Below are positions 8,356 through 13,705 of a stretch of DNA of 13,705 bases, piece after piece (position 1 is the first letter of the stretch; each line of letters starts with the position of its first letter). The notes below the pieces were generated by a model that made no database searches, was not told the origin of the DNA, and saw only the letters and a list, made by a program, of their open reading frames with translations. Made by a program: the position numbers and the translations under genes. Source of the DNA: Limisphaerales bacterium (GTDB taxonomy: Bacteria; Verrucomicrobiota; Verrucomicrobiia; Limisphaerales; JAJOIW01); contig CBFHOE010000003.1 of assembly GCA_965657355.1 (NCBI GenBank), forward strand, positions 185,558 to 199,262, written 5' to 3'.

Positions 8356-9776
8356 GCAGAACCGCTGTTTTAAATATTGTTGGCTTAACCAGTAACCTAG
8401 TCGGAGAGAACACCCCGGCTATCTCAGCGTTTGCCAAAAAAAACCTTTGCCGGGATATTCGGCCGGCTTTTCCAGCGGTGACGTGCACGGCTCAAGCAAA
8501 TTATATTACAGGCAAAAGACCATCAGAGCACGGGATAGTCGGTAATGGTTGGTATAATTATGATCTGGCCGAGGTTCAATTCTGGAAGCAGCCGGAGCGG
8601 CTCATCCAAGCCCCAAAATTATGGGAGTCATTAAAAGTCGATGATCCTGGTTTTACCTCAGCAAAAACATTTTGGTGGTATAATATGTATTCCAGTGCCG
8701 AATACTCAGTGACTCCGAGGCCTTCATACCCAGCAGATGGCCGGAAAGTTTTCGACATCTATTCGTGGCCTTATGAAATACGACCAAAACTTAAAGAAGC
8801 TCTAGGGGACTTTCCGTTTCCAACCTTTTGGGGGCCCGCTGCAGGACTACAATCTCCCCAAGGATCTCCGGATGCTGTCAGTCGTTGGATAGCAGATTCT
8901 GCAAAATGGATGGAGCAGGAATTTTCTCCTACCCTTCAGTTGGTCTATCTTCCTCATCTTGATTATAATCTTCAAAGATACGGGCCCAGGAATTCTGAGG
9001 TTCATCGTGACCTGAAACTTATCGATGCTATCGTTGGAGATCTCATTAAGTTTTTTGAAACCAGAGGGGTTGAAGTTATTTTGTTGTCTGAATATGGGAT
9101 AGTCCCGGTAACTCAGCCTATTCACTTAAATAGACTCTTCAGGGATCACGGCTGGCTTACTGTAAAAGAAGAACTAGGTCTGGAGTTAATTGATTTTGGG
9201 GCCAGTCCGGTGTTTTCTGTTGCTGATCATCAGGTTGCCCATATTTACCTAAACAATAAATCTTTGAAATCAAAGGTAGTTGATCTTCTGAAAAAAATTC
9301 CTGAGATTGATTGTATATATTCCGGTGAACACGAGTTGGAGGCTGTTGGGCTCAATCACACTAGAGCTGGTGATATTGTTGTTGAGGCGAAGACTGATTG
9401 TTGGTTCACCTACTACTACTGGGAAGATGATTCAAAGGCTCCTGATTTTGCCAGATGTGTTGACATACACCGAAAGCCGGGATACGACCCCTGTGAGCTT
9501 TTCATAGACCCAGCCATTAAATTTCCCAAGTTAAAAGTAGCCAGTAAGCTTTTAAAGAAAAAGCTTGGTCTAAGAATGTTAATGGATTTAATTCCATTGG
9601 ACGCAAGGTTAGTTAAAGGATCTCACGGGAAAAGTTATTCACCAAAAGGAGAGGATCCTATCATCATGTTTTCACCATCATCAGATGAACTAGAAACAGA
9701 TGAAATTACCTCTGTTGATGTTCATCATATTATTCGATCTTCGGTATTGAGAAAAGGTGAAGCAAATGGAAGTTAA
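8352..9776 (+). CDS. eboF: Alkaline-phosphatase-superfamily nucleotide pyrophosphatase/phosphodiesterase, EboF type
   Basis: NPP-type FPAVTC nucleophile region, HGIVGNGWY, LVYLPHLDYNLQR and LSEYG; EboF-type segments FWWYNMYS, ADHQVAHIY, APDFARCVDIHRKPGYDP and LVKGSHG. ATGA start/stop overlap with eboD at 8352-8355. Confidence 0.85.
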   Translation: MSRTAVLNIVGLTSNLVGENTPAISAFAKKNLCRDIRPAFPAVTCTAQANYITGKRPSEHGIVGNGWYNYDLAEVQFWKQPERLIQAPKLWESLKVDDPGFTSAKTFWWYNMYSSAEYSVTPRPSYPADGRKVFDIYSWPYEIRPKLKEALGDFPFPTFWGPAAGLQSPQGSPDAVSRWIADSAKWMEQEFSPTLQLVYLPHLDYNLQRYGPRNSEVHRDLKLIDAIVGDLIKFFETRGVEVILLSEYGIVPVTQPIHLNRLFRDHGWLTVKEELGLELIDFGASPVFSVADHQVAHIYLNNKSLKSKVVDLLKKIPEIDCIYSGEHELEAVGLNHTRAGDIVVEAKTDCWFTYYYWEDDSKAPDFARCVDIHRKPGYDPCELFIDPAIKFPKLKVASKLLKKKLGLRMLMDLIPLDARLVKGSHGKSYSPKGEDPIIMFSPSSDELETDEITSVDVHHIIRSSVLRKGEANGS

Positions 9777-9815
9777 GAAAGCACTTTTTGCACGTTCCAT
9801 TTAAATCCAATTTTA

Positions 9816-10223
9816 ATGAAAGCAGGCACAAAGAAAAAAAGTCTGAATTTTGGAAAAATAATGAAGTCTCCGTGGTTTCCCATTTTTTCATATCTATGTG
9901 TGGCAGCTACTCTATTAGGTGTTGTTCAATCGCAATTTGAACAAGCAAAGATATTGGTAATTATTTTGCTGGTTTGTATGGGAGCGGCGATTCTTGCCAT
10001 CGCCGTTACCTCCGTTTACCAATTTTATCGTAGGCAATGGTTGATAGCATTTTTAAATCTCCTGGCCTTGCCTTTAATTCTTTTTATGAACTTTAAAATT
10101 TTCCCATATATTTTCAGGCAAATTGAGACCAAGGATTCTCCTGGCATTTTATTTGACGGTGGGGGCTCCGAATTAAAAAAAGATAGGCGTAACATATGTT
10201 ACGCCTACTATCCAACCAACTAG
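9816..10223 (+). CDS. Small hypothetical membrane protein (about 3 hydrophobic segments)
   Basis: Basic N-terminus, then WFPIFSYLCVAATLLGVV, ILVIILLVCMGAAILAIAVTSVY and WLIAFLNLLALPLILFM. It starts 39 bp after eboF on the same strand. Start (9816 or 9861) and stop are uncertain. Confidence 0.65.
   Translation: MKAGTKKKSLNFGKIMKSPWFPIFSYLCVAATLLGVVQSQFEQAKILVIILLVCMGAAILAIAVTSVYQFYRRQWLIAFLNLLALPLILFMNFKIFPYIFRQIETKDSPGILFDGGGSELKKDRRNICYAYYPTN
10175..10207 (-). terminator. Rho-independent terminator for the minus-strand monooxygenase gene (possibly also acting on the convergent transcript)
   Basis: Perfect palindrome TAGGCGTAACATATGTTACGCCTA at 10184-10207, followed on the minus strand by TCTTTTTTT; it lies about 110 bp past the stop at 10320. 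Confidence 0.7.
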
Positions 10224-10319
10224 TGTGTTTCCTAAACAAATTAGCTTTTACACTTATAATAATCGGGGTTATTTCAATCTACTTTATACTCCCAATGTAA
10301 AAAATATCGCGAGGTGCAT

Positions 10320-12404
10320 TTATCCGCCTGAATTCTCCACTGGTTTCTGAGACTTCATGAGTTTAATATTGGATATTAATTCTTGGATTCGTGAAATTTC
10401 CTCAGGTATTTCAAGGTTTTGAGCAAGTTCGAGGGCTTTAAAGTAAGCCTTCTCAGCCATTTCCCAATCCTTGTATTTTTCATACATTCTAGCTAACGAA
10501 ATGATATATGGACCATAATCTTCATCCGTTATTTCTATTGCCTTTTTGATTGCAGAGATAGCCTGTTCTTTATTGCTTTCTCCATTTTCTTCTCTTTCTG
10601 CAAGAATCCATCCGAGTGAATTCCACGCTTCATGGAGGTTTTCGTCCAAATTAATTGCCTTTTCGAAATGGGTTTGAGCACCAGCCAAATCTTTATTTTC
10701 ATAGGATATGCGGCCTCTCATGAATGCTACCTGGGATTGGGCTAAATTATTTGTGAGAGATTGGTATAAACCTGATGCTTTATTGAAAAGCTCATCTGCT
10801 TTTTCCAATTCATTGGACTCAAGATTTATTTGGGCGGCTGTTACTGCAGCAAATGCGAGTTCTTCTACCTTATTTGTCCAAACATTTTGAGGTTTACTCA
10901 TTACGGTTTCGAACTCTCTAAGCGCGGACTCCATGTCTCCCATTTCTAACAAATGTTCACCAAGGCGATTTCTTAATTCGATGTTATCAGGTTCCGAACT
11001 GAGCTTCCAATTGAGCGCTTGCACTTCAGCTAACAAGGCATTGTAGCCAGTCATTCCGGCAAGCATTTCGTAATCTTCAGGTGTTTTAGTCAGGACCATT
11101 AATAGAAGTTCCGCCATCTCATCCGTCGAATTCTGGCCGTAAATAACATCTGTCGGGGGATTCGCTGGATTGTTTGGATTATCTTTGGAATTATCAAAAG
11201 TATAGTCAAACTCCAGAACCGTACCTGCCGGTAAAAATACCAATTTGTCGCCAGGAAAACTGTATTCATCCTGCCAGTCAAAATCCCAAGAAGGAATCGA
11301 GAGCAGGGTCCTGGTCGTATTATCTGCCATATGAGCATAGGCTTTTAGATCTGTTCCCAAGTAATGAGCATGGGGATAGACGCTAAGCACGTTCACATCA
11401 ACCGGCAGTCTGAATGTTCCCTTGACGTGCACATCAGACTCGCCTGCAGGCAGCTCTATGACTTTATTTCGAATCACGATGGGATAAGGTTGGTATTTTG
11501 GCGTTTCATCGGTCAGGTAAAAAGCGACCTCGACATCTAGCTTTTCAACTTTTCCAGTTGTTTTCATGTGCACTTGAAGAACAAAATCTGATGGCGTTAC
11601 CAATGGCCAGGCTATTCCTTCAGTTCCGAAAGTTGGCTCTTTCCCTGGAGTCCAGCCATGAAAATGACCAAAGGGCATACTTGCCTGAGTCAATGACATT
11701 ATACCCGGAAATCCCGGCTCCTCTGATTCTTCATCCAATAATCGGGAACTATTGGTTTGATCGACCAACAAGACCATGTGGTGGACCAACTCCGGATTTG
11801 ATGGACGAAAGTCTACAGATCTCACAAACTTTAAGTCCTCTGTCGCCTCAAGAGGGATAACAAAGTTTCTGTAAATATCTTCACCTTCGGCTGGCAATGT
11901 AAACTCTTCCTGGAGTTTTAGAATTAAATCTGGTTTTCCAAGTTTCCACTCACCTGAGAATTCTGGTGCTTTGGGTGTTCTGGAGGCATTTCCTTCTTTT
12001 GCTCCTTCCTCATGCCATTGCTTAATAAGGCCTTTATCGTTTGCTGATAAAATTCTTTCATTAATAAAGGTGCCTTTGGGCTGGTCAGGCAGCCATGGTG
12101 GCATATAGCCACTGTCAACGACTTCCACAATCTGCTTTGATCGCTTCCTGACGTCATCGTAGGTCACAAGAGAGAAGGGAGCTGACTGGCCTGGCCTATG
12201 ACATTCCGTGCAGTTTTCATGCACAATCGTGGCGATATGCTCAGCGAAATTAACTTTTCCTTCAGGTAATGGGACAAATTTATCTTCTGTCAGCGTAGTT
12301 TCGTTTTGGGATTCCCCTTTCTGGTCTCCGCAGCCCGAAAACAAAACTAAAGAGCATAAGAATCCTGCGAACCCAAAAAGTGACCGTCTTTTAGATCGAT
12401 TCAT
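10320..12404 (-). CDS. Predicted lipoprotein: cytochrome c domain + copper type II (PHM/DBH-like) monooxygenase + TPR repeats
   Basis: Signal peptide with lipobox LFSG-C25; heme motif C65TECH69 with a downstream YMPPW Met; LVHH (H208/H209) and LQVH (H279); PHAH (H345/H347), WDFDWQ and DEM (M430); C-terminal TPR-like repeats. Confidence 0.85.
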   Translation of the reverse strand: MNRSKRRSLFGFAGFLCSLVLFSGCGDQKGESQNETTLTEDKFVPLPEGKVNFAEHIATIVHENCTECHRPGQSAPFSLVTYDDVRKRSKQIVEVVDSGYMPPWLPDQPKGTFINERILSANDKGLIKQWHEEGAKEGNASRTPKAPEFSGEWKLGKPDLILKLQEEFTLPAEGEDIYRNFVIPLEATEDLKFVRSVDFRPSNPELVHHMVLLVDQTNSSRLLDEESEEPGFPGIMSLTQASMPFGHFHGWTPGKEPTFGTEGIAWPLVTPSDFVLQVHMKTTGKVEKLDVEVAFYLTDETPKYQPYPIVIRNKVIELPAGESDVHVKGTFRLPVDVNVLSVYPHAHYLGTDLKAYAHMADNTTRTLLSIPSWDFDWQDEYSFPGDKLVFLPAGTVLEFDYTFDNSKDNPNNPANPPTDVIYGQNSTDEMAELLLMVLTKTPEDYEMLAGMTGYNALLAEVQALNWKLSSEPDNIELRNRLGEHLLEMGDMESALREFETVMSKPQNVWTNKVEELAFAAVTAAQINLESNELEKADELFNKASGLYQSLTNNLAQSQVAFMRGRISYENKDLAGAQTHFEKAINLDENLHEAWNSLGWILAEREENGESNKEQAISAIKKAIEITDEDYGPYIISLARMYEKYKDWEMAEKAYFKALELAQNLEIPEEISRIQELISNIKLMKSQKPVENSGG

Positions 12405-12412
12405 TAATCATT

Positions 12413-12421
12413 ATTCTACCA
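12413..12421 (-). promoter_or_regulatory. Putative extended -10 promoter (TGGTAGAAT) for the monooxygenase gene
   Basis: TGn-TAGAAT sits 8 nt upstream of the ATG at 12404, with no Shine-Dalgarno in between. Confidence 0.4.
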
Positions 12422-13080
12422 GATTTTTCATCCACGAATAGTGCCAAAAATAAATGAATTAATGAGAAATTAGTGATTTATGTAAAAAAGCCATCATCTG
12501 AATCGGAGCAATGACGATTATTTGACCTAGAGCAAAATTTTTTTGCTTTTTTGAGAGAAATGGATTTCCGAGAATAAGAATAGGCACAGAGAAAAAATAA
12601 AAAGAGGAATCTTTAATGGTGCAGATGGCGGTAAGGTAACTTCGGTCACCACAGTATTGGAGTTGATTAAATCTTTGATTTGACCGCTGCTCAACTTTTA
12701 AGAGAAGCCTTCGAAAAATTTCAATTCCTGCCTCTATGGGAAACCCAGCAGAGTATAGGTTATTAAGGTGCTCATATAAACGAATACCGAGTCGGACGAG
12801 AATACTGGGGCGATGCCTTCTTAAAGCACTTTTCAGAAATCTTTATCATGCGAAGAATGCTGTCACATCATTTCAATCAAAAATTGGATATGCCCGTGGA
12901 CTTGATACTCATAAATGGTTGAGATAACTATGCTAGTGAAGAATTTTAGATAGAACTAAGCAAATGCCGCATTTCTTTAAGTTCTCCGCTTTTTGCTATG
13001 TCGCAAATCACCTTGCTGAGAAAAAAATTTTCCTAAAAATCCCAGTAGTTTACTCTAATTGACTGAGCAAAAAATAATCG

Positions 13081-13109
13081 TTGAAGGCATTTAATAACCG
13101 GGCTAGCGT
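13081..13109 (+). promoter_or_regulatory. Putative sigma70-type promoter for glgP
   Basis: TTGAAG - 17 nt - TAGCGT, ending 45 nt upstream of the ATG at 13155. Confidence 0.3.
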
Positions 13110-13154
13110 CAACCGTAGCTCATTTCAATAAGGGATTGAGCAGTAGCAATTGGT

Positions 13155-13705
13155 ATGCCGAATTATCAGAGACTGACAACAACTCAACTAACGGAGCTTA
13201 CAAATGGCCTTCACCGCATGGCTCGCAATCTGTGGTGGACGTGGAATCAGGAGGCCCAACAGGTTTTTCATGACTTATCGCCTCGAGGTTGGAGAACGCT
13301 TTACCATAATCCAGTTGCGATACTCCATGAAGTTTCAGACTACGAACTAAGAGTTCGTCTCCAAAACCCACTTTTCGCCGTGAAGGTTAAGAAAGCTCTT
13401 AACAAGTTTGAATCGTATCTCAATGAGGGAAGCACGTGGGCTTCTCGCGAAATGCCTCACTTGAAAAAGTCTCCTGTCGCTTATTTTTGTGCCGAATTTG
13501 GATTTCATGAGACCCTTCCCATCGCAGCTGGTGGATTAGGCGCTCTGGCTGGTGACCATGCAAAGTCAGCAAGTGACCTCGGACTTCCATTCTATGGAAT
13601 AAGTCTCTTTTATCGCGAAGGTTATTTTCAACAATCCATCAACCAGGAGAATTGGCAGACTGAATTTTATTCTCTTCTCAATCCTAAGAATTTGCCGATT
13701 GATCA
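13155..13705 (+). CDS. glgP: Alpha-glucan (glycogen/maltodextrin) phosphorylase, 5' part; runs off the window
   Basis: Translated by hand (absent from the ORF track because there is no stop): MPNYQRLTTTQLTELTNGLHRMARNLWWTWNQEAQQVF...HNPV...VAYFCAEFGFHETLPIAAGGLGALAGDHAKSASDLGLPFYGISLFYREGYFQQ, i.e. the GT35 N-terminal motifs. Confidence 0.93.
   Translation, partial: MPNYQRLTTTQLTELTNGLHRMARNLWWTWNQEAQQVFHDLSPRGWRTLYHNPVAILHEVSDYELRVRLQNPLFAVKVKKALNKFESYLNEGSTWASREMPHLKKSPVAYFCAEFGFHETLPIAAGGLGALAGDHAKSASDLGLPFYGISLFYREGYFQQSINQENWQTEFYSLLNPKNLPID

Noticed and set aside
10189..10202. GTA-N8-TAC NtcA-like operator within the palindrome
   Set aside because: It lies between convergent gene ends rather than in a promoter, nothing indicates a cyanobacterial origin, and the match is explained by the terminator stem.
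13..12441. Short alternative-frame and antisense ORFs in the track (e.g. 1283-1711, 3575-3919, 6492-6809, 7506-7904, 11498-11860, 12208-12441)
   Set aside because: They overlap well-supported genes and show no recognisable motifs; typical shadow ORFs.
12736..12927. 63-aa ORF in the long intergenic region
   Set aside because: No ribosome-binding site or recognisable motif; the length is compatible with chance.
1..13705. CRISPR array, tRNA/rRNA, IS element, prophage or defence genes
   Set aside because: No regularly spaced direct repeats, cloverleaf or rRNA signatures, or transposase, integrase or nuclease motifs were seen by eye.

Overview
AT-rich bacterial chromosomal window; the gene set is tentatively Verrucomicrobiota/PVC-like (inference only). 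Left to right: (1) a giant multidomain glycosyltransferase (TPR-GT2-GT4-GT4-TPR-GT2-TPR) entering from the left edge and split into two ORFs by an apparent single frameshift near 3810; (2) a YbgC-like hotdog thioesterase; (3) a convergent, stand-alone mcsA-like zinc-finger/UVR gene; (4) a coupled eboD-eboF pair lacking the rest of the ebo cluster, followed by a small membrane protein; (5) a perfect 24-bp palindrome/terminator; (6) a minus-strand predicted lipoprotein fusing a c-type heme domain, a copper type II (PHM/DBH-like) monooxygenase with all six Cu ligands, and TPRs; (7) a 750-bp intergenic region; (8) the 5' end of an alpha-glucan phosphorylase missed by the ORF track. No RNA genes, CRISPR arrays or mobile elements were seen. 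The best candidates for under-characterised biology are the heme-copper monooxygenase lipoprotein, the minimal eboD-eboF module and the frameshifted mega-glycosyltransferase.
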